Assembly: GCA_965140705.1 (NCBI GenBank)
Contig: OZ223300.1
Location: forward strand, 1,216,001-1,280,000
Reading direction: 5' to 3'
Origin: an uncultured Arcobacter sp.
Lineage (GTDB): Bacteria > Campylobacterota > Campylobacteria > Campylobacterales > Arcobacteraceae
Length of the DNA stretch: 64,000 nucleotides
Shown piece by piece: positions 1 through 10,235 of the stretch (its first letter is position 1; each line of letters opens with the position of its first letter). Made by a program: the position numbers and the translations under genes. The notes beneath the pieces were generated by a model. The model ran no database searches. It had not been told where the DNA came from and was given only the letters and a program-made list of their open reading frames with translations.

Positions 1-587
1 AAATATAAAGATTGTTCTAGGTATTTTAATACATCTTCCACTGCAATTGGTTGTGCTTTTGTTAATACCCATTTAGGAGTTGTCATGATAGGTAGTTTTT
101 CAGTTAGATTTCTAATAATTTCAAAACTTGTACTTCCTGAACCTATTATAACGCCAGCTCTTATCCATATTGTTTGAACTTCTTTGCAACTACTTAATAT
201 TTCACCTGTTTCTAATCTACTTAATAAATGTTTACTTGTATGTTCATTTTTTACACCTAATCCACCAAGATAAATAACCTTTTTAACTTTACACTCTTTT
301 GCTATTTCTATAAAATTTTCAGCTGAAATTTTATCAAGATTTTTATAATCATCACTATTTAAAGAATGTATTAAATAATAAGCAACATCAACATCTTTTA
401 AAGCTTCTCTTAAACTTTTTTTATCAAAAGTATCACCTTCAAAAACTTCAATTTCTTTGGGTATTTTTGTAGAAATTGTTTTTTTATTTCTAACTAAAAG
501 TTTTAAAATAATATTTTCATCTTGTATAAGTTTTTGCTTTAGTCTTCTTCCAATATAACCAGTAGAACCAGTAAGTAGAACTTTCAT
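1..587 (-). CDS. NAD(P)-dependent epimerase/atypical SDR (YbjT-like), truncated by the window edge
   Basis: Translated by hand: ATG at 587 after SD AAGGA gives MKVLLTGSTGYIGRRL (GxxGxxG Rossmann motif). Open to the window start; absent from the ORF track. Confidence 0.8.
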   Translation of the reverse strand, partial: MKVLLTGSTGYIGRRLKQKLIQDENIILKLLVRNKKTISTKIPKEIEVFEGDTFDKKSLREALKDVDVAYYLIHSLNSDDYKNLDKISAENFIEIAKECKVKKVIYLGGLGVKNEHTSKHLLSRLETGEILSSCKEVQTIWIRAGVIIGSGSTSFEIIRNLTEKLPIMTTPKWVLTKAQPIAVEDVLKYLEQSLY

Positions 588-747
588 TTTATTTCCTTTA
601 TATAAGTCATTGTATCACTTAATAATGTCTTTTGGTAGATAAAATAAATGTATTAATTATATAAAAAGTGTAAAATATAAAATAAATTTGAGCAAAATTG
701 TATTTTATACATAAATAGGTATAATTAATACTATAAATATAAAGGTT

Positions 748-1329
748 TTGATAATTAGCATGGATACAATAATTGAGTGCAAGCATTGTGGACTTTTTTT
801 AAAAAGCAATAATGAAAAAATAAAATGCCCAAGATGTGGTTCACGAATAGAAAATAAAGAGCATAGTTTAGACTCTTTATATTATGCAATAACTGCCTTA
901 CTCCTTTTTGTGCTTTTAAATATATATCCTATATTAACTCTATCTTTAAATGGTAATACTCTAAAAACAACACTTATTGGGACTATTAGTGTCTTTTTTA
1001 AAGAAGATTTTCTTTTTGTTGGGGCATTAGTGCTATTTACAATTATATTGGCTCCTATTTTAAACTCTCTTACAATTATATTTGTGTTTATTCAAAGTAA
1101 AATGAAAAGGAAAATTTTCTCATTTAGAGTTTTATATGATGGCTTTCACTTTTTTAAAACTTGGGGTTTTATTGAGGTTTATATTATTGGTGTCATAGTT
1201 ACATATATTAAACTTACAGGAATGGCTTCTAGTACAAATTTTGATACGGGATTTTATATTATGCTTTTTTATCTTTTCATATTTTACATGTCTAATAAAA
1301 AGTTTGATATAAAAAGTGTGTTAGAGTAA
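748..1329 (+). CDS. PqiA/LetA-family inner-membrane protein, first half
   Basis: N-terminal CxxC...CPRC ribbon, TM helices, KTWGFIEVY motif; start could be ATG 760. Confidence 0.8.
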   Translation: MIISMDTIIECKHCGLFLKSNNEKIKCPRCGSRIENKEHSLDSLYYAITALLLFVLLNIYPILTLSLNGNTLKTTLIGTISVFFKEDFLFVGALVLFTIILAPILNSLTIIFVFIQSKMKRKIFSFRVLYDGFHFFKTWGFIEVYIIGVIVTYIKLTGMASSTNFDTGFYIMLFYLFIFYMSNKKFDIKSVLE

Positions 1330-1922
1330 TGATTTTAATATCTTGCAAAAACTGCCAAAAAGTCTATACAAAAGAAGATTATAGTGAATTTAAATGTGTT
1401 AGATGTGGACATACAGTAAGAAGAAGAGTAAAAAATACAATACAGACTTCTTTAGCTTTAGTTGTTACTGCACTTTTACTTTTTATTCTAGCTATGATTT
1501 ATCCAATGATGGAAATAACTGAGTTTGGTATAAAAGAAGAGAGCACAATATTTCAAGGTGTTATTTCATTTATTAATTATGGAGATTATTTTATTGCAAT
1601 TGTAATTTTTACGGCGAGTATTATAATACCTTTGGTTAAACTTTTAGTATTACTTTTTATATTTGTTTCATTGTGGATTAAAACACCATTTTCTAATAAA
1701 ACAAAACTAAAGTTATATTATTTTATTGAAATAATTGGAAAATGGTCTATGATAGATATTTATGTAGTTGCAATGTTAGCATCTACGATTCATCTTGGTG
1801 AAGTATTTAACATAAAAGGTGGAGTAGCAGCCACTGCATTTGCCTGTGTTGTAGTTTTGACTATGATAGCTGCACATAAATTTGATACGAGGATTATTTG
1901 GGATGAGCGAAGAAAAAATTGA
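1329..1922 (+). CDS. PqiA/LetA-family inner-membrane protein, second half
   Basis: CxxC...CxRC, IGKWSMIDIYVV and FDTRIIWD motifs; TAATG stop/start coupling. Confidence 0.85.
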   Translation: MILISCKNCQKVYTKEDYSEFKCVRCGHTVRRRVKNTIQTSLALVVTALLLFILAMIYPMMEITEFGIKEESTIFQGVISFINYGDYFIAIVIFTASIIIPLVKLLVLLFIFVSLWIKTPFSNKTKLKLYYFIEIIGKWSMIDIYVVAMLASTIHLGEVFNIKGGVAATAFACVVVLTMIAAHKFDTRIIWDERRKN

Positions 1923-4545
1923 AACTTTAGTTTATGAACCTAAAAATACAGATAATAAGTCTATTTCATTTATTTGGCTTTTGCCACTTGTTGTTTTGAT
2001 GATTTTAGGTTGGATTGCTTATGAAAGTTATACTAAAAAAGGTACAAATATTAGTGTTATTTTTAAAAATGCAGAAGATTTAAAAGAGGGAGTAACTCCT
2101 TTAGAGTATAAGGGTTTAGTTCTTGGGAAAGTAACTAAAATAGAGATAAATGATTTAAATAGTGTCAAAGTAAATATTTTAGTAAATAGTGATGTGGCAA
2201 AATATGTTGCTACAGAAGGAGCTGGTTTTTGGATAAAAAAACCTACTATCTCACTTACAAAAGTCTCTGGACTTGGTACTTTATTAAGCGGAAATAAAAT
2301 AGAATTATATCCCAAATATAAAACTTTAAAAGAGTTTGAAAATGCAAAACCCAAATATGAATTTACAGGATTAGATACCAAACCTAGTTTATTAGAAGAT
2401 AGTAATGGTTATTATATAAATATTCTTTCTAGGGGTGAGAATCTAATAGAAGTAGAGACACCAATTTTTTATAATAGATTCCAAATAGGTGAAATATCAT
2501 CAAAAGAGTTTAAAGAGGGTAAAGTTTACTTAAAAGCTTATATTTATGATAAGTATAAATATTTAGTAAATAAGAGTTCTCATTTTATTATGAATAAGGC
2601 TCTAAAAGTCAATTTTGGGCCTGGTGGATTAAATTTAGAAATCAGTTCTTTGTACTCTGCAATTGTAGGTGGAATTACAGTTGAAACCCCCAATAAAGAT
2701 GCCCCAAAAATAGAAGAAGATAAATATTATATTTTAAGTGATGATAAAAAAGAGTTTATACAAAGAACACCTATAACTTTGAAGTTTACGGATGCAAAGG
2801 GAGTAGGAATGAATACTCTTATTATGTATAAAGGTGTAGAAGTAGGGAAAATAGATGATTTACAACTCAAAGAAGATAGTATCATAGCAAAAGCTTATGT
2901 TTATAAAAAATATGATTATCTTCTAAGTGAAAATAGTACTTTTAATATAGAAGAGACAGAAGTTAGTTTAGATGGAGTAAAAAATTTAAATTCAATTGTT
3001 AGTGGAAATTATTTGACAATAAATTATAAAAAAGGAAAACCAAAAGACTCTTTTGAAGTTGTAAATAATAGTATGGAAAGAGTTGATAATGATTTGGTGG
3101 TTACTTTAAAAACTCAAAATCTCAATTCAATAACAAAAAATAGTAAATTGTATTTCAAAAATATTCCAATAGGAAAAGTTTTAGATTACTCTTTATCTAG
3201 GGATTTCAAGCACGTAAATATCTCACTTTTGGTAAAGAAAAAATATAAAAAACTAATAAATAACAAATCGCTTTTTTACGATATGAGTTCAAAATTAATA
3301 GAACTTAAAAATTTAGATTTAGATATAAACTATGATGGTATAAAACCACTTATAGATGGTGGTATAGGACTTGTTGAAGTTGATAGAAAAGCAAAATATA
3401 GCAAAAAAAGTTTTAAATTGTATAGCTCTTATAAAGATGTTCAAACTCTTAAAAGAGAGTACAGTCATGGTTCATATTTAAATGCATACTTTGATAATGG
3501 TTTTAATCTAAAAGTAAATCAAGCAATAAGTTATAAAAATCAAGAGATAGGTTTTGTAAAATCAATCAAATTTGGTGAAAGAAAATCAAAAGTAAAACTC
3601 TTTATTTATAGAAAATATATGAAATATATAAGTAAAAAAAGTAGATTTTATAAAAAAGATGCCATCAAAGTTGATGCCTCAATGGGAGGAGTTTTATTTG
3701 AAGTTGATAATTTATCTTCACTTTTATATGGCTCTTTAGAACTTGATAATAGTTCTAAAACAAGCTTTCCAAAATATGAAATTTACTCTTCTTTTGATGA
3801 TATGAAAAACTTTTCAAATACTATTTCTATACTATTTGATGATGTGGAAGGATTAAGACAACAATTTTCAAAACTAAATTATAAAGGTGTAGATATAGGA
3901 AAAGTATCTAATATCATTTTAACACCTCAAAATAAAGTTTTAGTAAAAATTCAAGTATTTAAAAACTATGATAGATTTTCAAAGAAAGGAACAATTTTTT
4001 ATCTTAAAAAGCCAAAGGTTAGTTTAAATGAAGTTAAAAATATAGGTTCAACGATTCTACCCGTTGATATTGGAGTTATTGCTAGTACAAAAAATGCTTT
4101 TCAAAATAGTTTTAAAGGATATGATAGTTTAGAGGATATTAAAAAAGTTGATAATGGAGAGATAATAAGAGTCGCTTCTCTTTTCCCTACAAAACTTAAT
4201 GTAGATGCTCCAATATATTATAAAAATGTACAAATAGGAAAAATAAATAAAATAAATCTTAGTGGTGATGGCTCAAAAACTTTGATTGATTGTTTTATTT
4301 TCGATAAATATAAACATCTTATTAGAAAGAATTCAACTTTTCATGATATAAGTGGCTTCAAATTAAAATTTTCAATTTTTACAGGTACAGAGATTGAAAC
4401 AAATACTTTCACTTCAATATTAAAAGGAGGACTTTTAGTAGTGACACCTTTAAAGTATGGAAAAATGGCTACAGTAAATGATACTTTTTTATTAAAAAAA
4501 GAGTTAAATGAAGATTGGGAGAAGATAAATCCAAGTATAAAATAA
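1903..4545 (+). CDS. letB: LetB/YebT-like multi-MCE (MlaD) lipid transport protein with seven MCE repeats
   Basis: N-terminal TM (IWLLPLVV) followed by seven Y-K-G/N-x-x-I/V-G-x-V-type repeats; ATG 1903 preferred to TTG 1882. Confidence 0.8.
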   Translation: MSEEKIETLVYEPKNTDNKSISFIWLLPLVVLMILGWIAYESYTKKGTNISVIFKNAEDLKEGVTPLEYKGLVLGKVTKIEINDLNSVKVNILVNSDVAKYVATEGAGFWIKKPTISLTKVSGLGTLLSGNKIELYPKYKTLKEFENAKPKYEFTGLDTKPSLLEDSNGYYINILSRGENLIEVETPIFYNRFQIGEISSKEFKEGKVYLKAYIYDKYKYLVNKSSHFIMNKALKVNFGPGGLNLEISSLYSAIVGGITVETPNKDAPKIEEDKYYILSDDKKEFIQRTPITLKFTDAKGVGMNTLIMYKGVEVGKIDDLQLKEDSIIAKAYVYKKYDYLLSENSTFNIEETEVSLDGVKNLNSIVSGNYLTINYKKGKPKDSFEVVNNSMERVDNDLVVTLKTQNLNSITKNSKLYFKNIPIGKVLDYSLSRDFKHVNISLLVKKKYKKLINNKSLFYDMSSKLIELKNLDLDINYDGIKPLIDGGIGLVEVDRKAKYSKKSFKLYSSYKDVQTLKREYSHGSYLNAYFDNGFNLKVNQAISYKNQEIGFVKSIKFGERKSKVKLFIYRKYMKYISKKSRFYKKDAIKVDASMGGVLFEVDNLSSLLYGSLELDNSSKTSFPKYEIYSSFDDMKNFSNTISILFDDVEGLRQQFSKLNYKGVDIGKVSNIILTPQNKVLVKIQVFKNYDRFSKKGTIFYLKKPKVSLNEVKNIGSTILPVDIGVIASTKNAFQNSFKGYDSLEDIKKVDNGEIIRVASLFPTKLNVDAPIYYKNVQIGKINKINLSGDGSKTLIDCFIFDKYKHLIRKNSTFHDISGFKLKFSIFTGTEIETNTFTSILKGGLLVVTPLKYGKMATVNDTFLLKKELNEDWEKINPSIK

Positions 4546-4648
4546 GAGAATTATTAATTTAAAAAAATAACTTTATATTAAGTTTTCATCTTGTAGAATA
4601 TTTTTATCAAAGGAAAAATTTTTTCCTTTAAAATAAAAAGGATAAAAA

Positions 4649-6076
4649 ATGAAAAAAATTATGACTACAACAGCTGGAAATCCAATTTCGGATAATCAAA
4701 ACTCAATGACAGCAGGTGAAAGAGGTCCTGTTCTTATGCAAGATTATCAGTTAATAGAAAAACTTGCCCACCAAAATAGAGAAAGAATTCCTGAAAGGGT
4801 TGTTCATGCAAAAGGAAGCGGTGCTTTTGGTGAACTAGTTATTACAGAAGATATCTCAAAATATACAAAAGCAAAAGTTTTACAAAAGGGTGAAAGAACT
4901 AGATTATTACTTAGATTCTCAACAGTTGCTGGAGAAAAAGGTGCAGCAGATGCTGAAAGGGATGTAAGAGGTTTTGCTTTAAAATTTTATACAAAAGAGG
5001 GGAATTGGGATTTAGTAGGAAATAATACTCCTGTATTTTTTATCCGTGATGCTTATAAATTCCCTGATTTTATTCACACTCAAAAAAGACATCCACAATC
5101 AAACCTAAGAAGTAATACAGCAGCTTGGGATTTTTGGTCACTTAGCCCTGAGAGCTTACATCAAGTAACAATTTTGATGTCAGATAGAGGATTGCCAAAA
5201 TCATATAGACATGTAAATGGATATGGTTCTCATACTTATAGTTTAATTAATGCTCAAGGTGAAAGATTTTGGGTGAAATTTCACTTTAAAACTAAACAAG
5301 GTATTGAAACAATTACAAATAGAGAAGCAGAAGCAATAGTTGCAAAAGATAGAGAATCAAATCAAAGAGATTTATTTGAAAATATAGAAAAAGAAAACTT
5401 CCCAAAATGGAGTTTTGAAATTCAAATTATGACAGATGAAGATGCAAAATATTGTTCATTTAATCCATTTGATTTAACTAAAGTTTGGCCACATAGTGAT
5501 TATCCTATGATAAAAGTAGGAGAAATGACATTAAATGAAAATCCTAAAAACTATTTCAATGAGATAGAACAAGCATCATTTTCACCATCAAATATTGTTC
5601 CAGGTATTAGTTTCTCACCTGATAAGATGTTACAAGCTAGAATTTTCTCTTATCCTGATGCTCATAGATATAGAGTAGGAACACATTATGAAATGTTACC
5701 AGTAAACAGACCAATAGTAGATGTAAATACTTACCATGCAGATGGAAGTATGAATTATGAAGTAAAAGAAGCAACAGATGCATATTATGAACCAAATAGT
5801 TTTAATGGACCAGTTGAAGATAAATCATTTGCAGAACCAGCATTTAATGTAGGCGACAGTGCTGATAGATATGACCATAGAGTAGGAAATGATGACTTTA
5901 CACAAGTAACGGCACTTTTTAATTTGATGAGTGACAATCAAAAAGAACAACTATTTAATAATATCGCTGAAGCAATGGATGGAGTTCCAAGTGAGATTGT
6001 AAATAGACAACTTGCACTTTTTGAAAAAGTACATTCTGATTATAGTGCAGGGGTTAAAAAAGCATTAGGAATCTAA
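4649..6076 (+). CDS. katA: Monofunctional heme catalase
   Basis: [30 protein letters not shown] and [12 protein letters not shown] motifs. Confidence 0.97.
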   Translation: MKKIMTTTAGNPISDNQNSMTAGERGPVLMQDYQLIEKLAHQNRERIPERVVHAKGSGAFGELVITEDISKYTKAKVLQKGERTRLLLRFSTVAGEKGAADAERDVRGFALKFYTKEGNWDLVGNNTPVFFIRDAYKFPDFIHTQKRHPQSNLRSNTAAWDFWSLSPESLHQVTILMSDRGLPKSYRHVNGYGSHTYSLINAQGERFWVKFHFKTKQGIETITNREAEAIVAKDRESNQRDLFENIEKENFPKWSFEIQIMTDEDAKYCSFNPFDLTKVWPHSDYPMIKVGEMTLNENPKNYFNEIEQASFSPSNIVPGISFSPDKMLQARIFSYPDAHRYRVGTHYEMLPVNRPIVDVNTYHADGSMNYEVKEATDAYYEPNSFNGPVEDKSFAEPAFNVGDSADRYDHRVGNDDFTQVTALFNLMSDNQKEQLFNNIAEAMDGVPSEIVNRQLALFEKVHSDYSAGVKKALGI

Positions 6077-6077
6077 T

Positions 6078-6560
6078 ATGGAAGTTTCTCTTGAAGAGCA
6101 AAAAAGGTATGAAGAACTTCAAGTTATGGCATTGGAGTTTGCAAGACGCGGGCAAACAGAAGATTTAAAAGCTATGCTTGATGTTGGTATGCCTATAAAT
6201 TTGTGTGATCATAAAGGTAATACCTTACTTATGTTAGCTTCATATAATGGTAATCTTGGAACAACTAGAATGCTTATTGATTTAGGTGCCCAAGTTGACA
6301 AAAAAAATGATAGGGGACAAACACCACTTGCAGGTGTTTGTTTTAAGGGTTATTTGGAAATAGTAAAAGAGTTAGTAAGTTCAGGAGCAAATATTTATGA
6401 AAATAATGGAATGGGAACAACACCTATAATGTTTGCTTCTATGTTTGGAAATTATGAGATTGTTAAGTATTTAAATTCTCAAAATAGTAGTTTCAAATCT
6501 AAACTTTACTTAGCTATTTCAAAACTGTTTTCTTTATTAAAAGGGTTATTTAAAAAATAA
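6078..6560 (+). CDS. Ankyrin-repeat protein, catalase-associated (AnkB/Cj1386-like)
   Basis: GNTLLMLASYNG, GQTPL and GTTPIMFA ankyrin repeats; starts 1 nt after katA. Confidence 0.88.
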   Translation: MEVSLEEQKRYEELQVMALEFARRGQTEDLKAMLDVGMPINLCDHKGNTLLMLASYNGNLGTTRMLIDLGAQVDKKNDRGQTPLAGVCFKGYLEIVKELVSSGANIYENNGMGTTPIMFASMFGNYEIVKYLNSQNSSFKSKLYLAISKLFSLLKGLFKK

Positions 6561-6581
6561 GAGGATTTGACCTCTTATTTT
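6554..6581. terminator. Bidirectional intrinsic terminator between the ankyrin gene and ciaB
   Basis: AAAATAAGAGG-atttga-CCTCTTATTTT between convergent genes. Confidence 0.7.
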
Positions 6582-8452
6582 ATATAGTTGCTTTTTTTAT
6601 CACTTGTATCTAATTCTTGACCAATCTCTTTGTATCTTGCAAAATAGTGTTTTACAAAGTCGTTTATATTTTCATCTATTGGCATAAAGTATTTTCCATC
6701 TTTTTTAGCAAAATTATTTAAAAATTGTGTTGCATCTTTTTTATCTAAATAGTGTTTTGCTAGGTCTGTATAAGTCTTGATATACCAAGTTTTTAATTTC
6801 TCAAACTTTTCATCACTTAAATCTATGCTTAGTTTTTCATTTTCCCAAGATAGAACTTGTGATTCAAATAGACCATTTAAGTGAATCAACCCTTCACAAT
6901 AATAAGGCTGTACTTCATCAACTTCCATCCAACCTATAAGTCCAACAGCTCTTTTTACACTATCAATTAAAACTTGTCTTTGAAGATGTTTCTCATCACT
7001 ATCTTTGTCTAAGAAAAATGAAATAAGTCCACCAGTTGTCGCTTTGAACTCTTCTATATTTTTAAAATTACCTGTTTTATTCATTACTGATTCTGTCTCA
7101 TCATCGCACCATAAAATATGTCCATATTCATGTCCAATGGTTGTGATGTCATAAACTTGGTGCCAAGATGCTGTTTCATTAAATAAAAATTTTCTATCTT
7201 CACTTAAAAATTCATTCCCAAATATTTCGGCACTTAAACGTAAAAATGGTTTAGCGCGACTAGTTTGTAAAATCTCATCTGCAAAGGCAAATATTTTTTT
7301 ACCTTCTTCCTTTGATACTATTTCATCATTTGGTACAACTTGTGCTGAAAAAAGTCCATTTAATTCTGCACCAAAGAATATCGCTGGTCGACCAATATAT
7401 AGTTGAACCTTATCTAAAGATTTTAGAGAAAAGTCATAAATATTTTTATAAGAAGAGTTTTCTTCAAATCTAGAAAATATATTTGCAAAAGCTGATTTTA
7501 TTTTATTTACTCTGTGATCATTTTGTGCGAATTCTGGATTTGTAAATCTTATATCCCACTCTAATGCAACCGCTTTTCTAAAGTGGTCTTCATAGTATTC
7601 AAGTGGATGTCCTATTTGAATTGGTGATTTTATTTTCATCCAAGCTCTATCCACATTTGCCCATTTTTCTACTAGTGAATTCTCTTTAGTTTCTGAAAAG
7701 GCTAAGATAAGTGATTGGATATATAAAATATAATCCCACTTATGACCAAAGACATCATCTTCATACTCTAGTAAATTTTCTTCAAAAGCTTCAAGGGCAT
7801 TTATCACTTCTGTTGTTTGTTTTTTGAAAGCTTTTATATAAGCTTGACTTTCATATCCATCACCTTTTTTTACTAATGCTGAGTATGATCTATCAGCTGT
7901 CATTGAATTATGTCCTAAATCAAATAAGGAGTTATTCTCTAGATAATCAAAAACTTTCTCTTCATCACCATCAAATTTTGCCAATAATTCTTTATTTATG
8001 TCATTTATTATGTGTGCTGTCCAAGAACTTTGCCATGATGACATTTTGATTCCCACATTATAAACCCCTTGAAAAATGGCTTGATAAAATGGGGTTAAAA
8101 GATTATTATCTTTTATATAATCAAGGGTTTTTTTGTGTTTGTTATGCCAAAACTCTTTTACAAAAAGGTATGCTTTTTCTTGTAGTTCTATAACTTCTTT
8201 TTCATCAAATCCAAGTTTTTTGAGTACTTGTACTAAAGAATCATCTCTAAGATTTACTATTCTAGTAACTAGTGCATATCTTAGGTCATCATTCATGTCT
8301 ATATTTAAACTTTTTGCGAAATCATCTATAAGTGTTAATTTATTATATTGTTTATCTTCTAGTGCTGATACTAATTTGTTCACATCATTTTTTTGAGTGT
8401 TTAAATATTCGTAGATTTTTTTCGAATCTTTTAAAAACTGTTCTTTATTCAT
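6575..8452 (-). CDS. ciaB: CiaB (Campylobacter invasion antigen B) family protein with HExxH motif
   Basis: IGHPLEYYEDHFRKAVALEWD, FSAQVVPNDE, IGHEYGH and IEEFKA motifs; 625 aa. Confidence 0.85.
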   Translation of the reverse strand: MNKEQFLKDSKKIYEYLNTQKNDVNKLVSALEDKQYNKLTLIDDFAKSLNIDMNDDLRYALVTRIVNLRDDSLVQVLKKLGFDEKEVIELQEKAYLFVKEFWHNKHKKTLDYIKDNNLLTPFYQAIFQGVYNVGIKMSSWQSSWTAHIINDINKELLAKFDGDEEKVFDYLENNSLFDLGHNSMTADRSYSALVKKGDGYESQAYIKAFKKQTTEVINALEAFEENLLEYEDDVFGHKWDYILYIQSLILAFSETKENSLVEKWANVDRAWMKIKSPIQIGHPLEYYEDHFRKAVALEWDIRFTNPEFAQNDHRVNKIKSAFANIFSRFEENSSYKNIYDFSLKSLDKVQLYIGRPAIFFGAELNGLFSAQVVPNDEIVSKEEGKKIFAFADEILQTSRAKPFLRLSAEIFGNEFLSEDRKFLFNETASWHQVYDITTIGHEYGHILWCDDETESVMNKTGNFKNIEEFKATTGGLISFFLDKDSDEKHLQRQVLIDSVKRAVGLIGWMEVDEVQPYYCEGLIHLNGLFESQVLSWENEKLSIDLSDEKFEKLKTWYIKTYTDLAKHYLDKKDATQFLNNFAKKDGKYFMPIDENINDFVKHYFARYKEIGQELDTSDKKSNYIK

Positions 8453-8569
8453 TATTTATCCTTTTAAAATAGAAGTTTATCATTTTATTGCTATTATTTT
8501 TATATACAATAAAAAGCTGTTATAATAAAAGTTAAAATTAATTATTACATTATAACTTTAGGATTTAAT

Positions 8570-10066
8570 ATGCAAAGGCACATTATATTAAGCTTTTCTA
8601 TTACAATTATATTATTGATTCTTTTAGCTTACATATCAATTTATAAGATGCTCGAACTTTCAAGTTTATCCCAACAGCTTTATGAACACCCATTTGTTGT
8701 AACTAATGCAACTAAAGAGATTCAATCAAAAATTATATCAATACAAAAAGATATGCAAGATATCCTTAATTCAGATTCAAGTGATGATCTAAAAATCTCA
8801 ATTGAAAGTATAAAAGCAAAAGAGGCAATAATAAATAAAGAGTTTAAAAAGATTTTTGATAAGTACTTAGGAAATAGAAGTGATATTGAAAATAGTTTTC
8901 AAGCTTTTAAAAATTGGAAACCAATAAGAGATGAAATGATTTCATTAGTTAAAAAGAAAAATTATGAAAGTGCAATAAATATAAATAAAACATTAGCTAA
9001 TGAACATATTAAAAACTTAAATAATCAAGTAAATATTTTAATTGAATTTGCTCATAATAAGGCAGTACTATTTTTCAATAATATACAAAAAAATAAAAGT
9101 CAGGCTATCGTTTTTATTATTTCAACTGTTTTAATAATCTTATTAATAATTGTTTCAATGTTTTGGTTTTTGATTATTAATCTTAATGCAAAAGACATAG
9201 AGAGAAATAAATATCTACAAATGATTGATCAAAATATATTAAGTGGAAAGTTAGATGAAAACTTGAGTTTTGTAAGAACAAGTAGTGCACTTCTTCAGAT
9301 ATTGGGTTATTCAAGTAAAGATTTTACTTCCATTTCAAATAGAATATATATTGATAATAAATCCTTTGATAAAGAAAAAGTTTTTAATATTTTAAATAGT
9401 GGTAGTACTTGGGAAGGTGAAATAAAAGTTCAAACAAGTCATAAAAAAACAAAATGGTTTATTTCTAAGATAGTTCCAATATTTGATAATAATTATAATA
9501 TTTCTGGATATAACAATATCTTTAGAGATATTACTAGTGAAAAAAGAATTGAAGAGATTTCAAGGCATGATTCTATGACTAATATTTTTAATAGAAGATA
9601 TTTTGATGAAATGTTCCCAAAACAAATAAATATTTCAAATAGAAATAATTTATTATTAGTTTTTGCTATGTTAGATATTGATAAGTTTAAAGATTACAAT
9701 GATACATATGGACATCAAGAGGGTGATAATACTTTGATAAAAGTAGCAAAAGTTTTATCTCAAAATATGAAAAGACCTTCTGACTATGCTTTTCGTATAG
9801 GAGGAGAAGAATTTGGATTATTGTTTAATACAAAAGATGAAAAAGCTGCCTTAAAGATAGTTGAAAATATAAAACAAAAAGTGGAAGAGTTAAAAATAGA
9901 ACATAATAAAAATAAAGCTTCAAGGTATGTAACTATTTCTATAGGTGTAAAAATTATATATCCTGATTGTAAAGCTACAGTAGAAGAACTTTATGCATCT
10001 GCTGATAAAGCTCTTTATGAAGCAAAAGAAACGGGTAGAAACAAGGTAGTTTTAATAGATAAATAA
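8570..10066 (+). CDS. Membrane-bound diguanylate cyclase (periplasmic helical sensor, PAS-like domain, GGDEF)
   Basis: Two TMs, DIDKFKDYNDTYGH, RPSD I-site, RIGGEEF. Confidence 0.9.
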   Translation: MQRHIILSFSITIILLILLAYISIYKMLELSSLSQQLYEHPFVVTNATKEIQSKIISIQKDMQDILNSDSSDDLKISIESIKAKEAIINKEFKKIFDKYLGNRSDIENSFQAFKNWKPIRDEMISLVKKKNYESAININKTLANEHIKNLNNQVNILIEFAHNKAVLFFNNIQKNKSQAIVFIISTVLIILLIIVSMFWFLIINLNAKDIERNKYLQMIDQNILSGKLDENLSFVRTSSALLQILGYSSKDFTSISNRIYIDNKSFDKEKVFNILNSGSTWEGEIKVQTSHKKTKWFISKIVPIFDNNYNISGYNNIFRDITSEKRIEEISRHDSMTNIFNRRYFDEMFPKQINISNRNNLLLVFAMLDIDKFKDYNDTYGHQEGDNTLIKVAKVLSQNMKRPSDYAFRIGGEEFGLLFNTKDEKAALKIVENIKQKVEELKIEHNKNKASRYVTISIGVKIIYPDCKATVEELYASADKALYEAKETGRNKVVLIDK

Positions 10067-10074
10067 AATTAATA

Positions 10075-10101
10075 TTAGCACTTATGTAGTAAAAGTGCTA
10101 A
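10075..10101. promoter_or_regulatory. CIRCE-like (HrcA) operator upstream of htpG
   Basis: TTAGCACTT-N9-AAGTGCTAA, a perfect inverted repeat with one mismatch per arm to CIRCE TTAGCACTC-N9-GAGTGCTAA. Confidence 0.8.
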
Positions 10102-10235
10102 ATAAATTCAAAACTTTAGCTTCCTTTTATAAAGTTTTGATAAAATTTCTTTTACAAAAACTAAAAATTATAGGTGAAATTCATGGCAGATGTTGCGAAA
10201 GCAACTTAACCATGCCCTAAATAAAAAGGAATAAC

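Noticed and set aside
748..1922. Split pqiA as a frameshifted pseudogene
   Set aside because: Each half has its own start and Cys-ribbon, and they are coupled by TAATG; two-gene arrangements are a normal form of this family.
4591..4608. PerR/Fur box at the katA promoter
   Set aside because: Only a half-site (TTATCA) matches, which is too weak in DNA this AT-rich.
10171..10220. htpG leader as a c-di-GMP or other known riboswitch
   Set aside because: It has a GAAA tetraloop but no second hairpin or other conserved riboswitch features that I can identify; kept only as an unknown structure.
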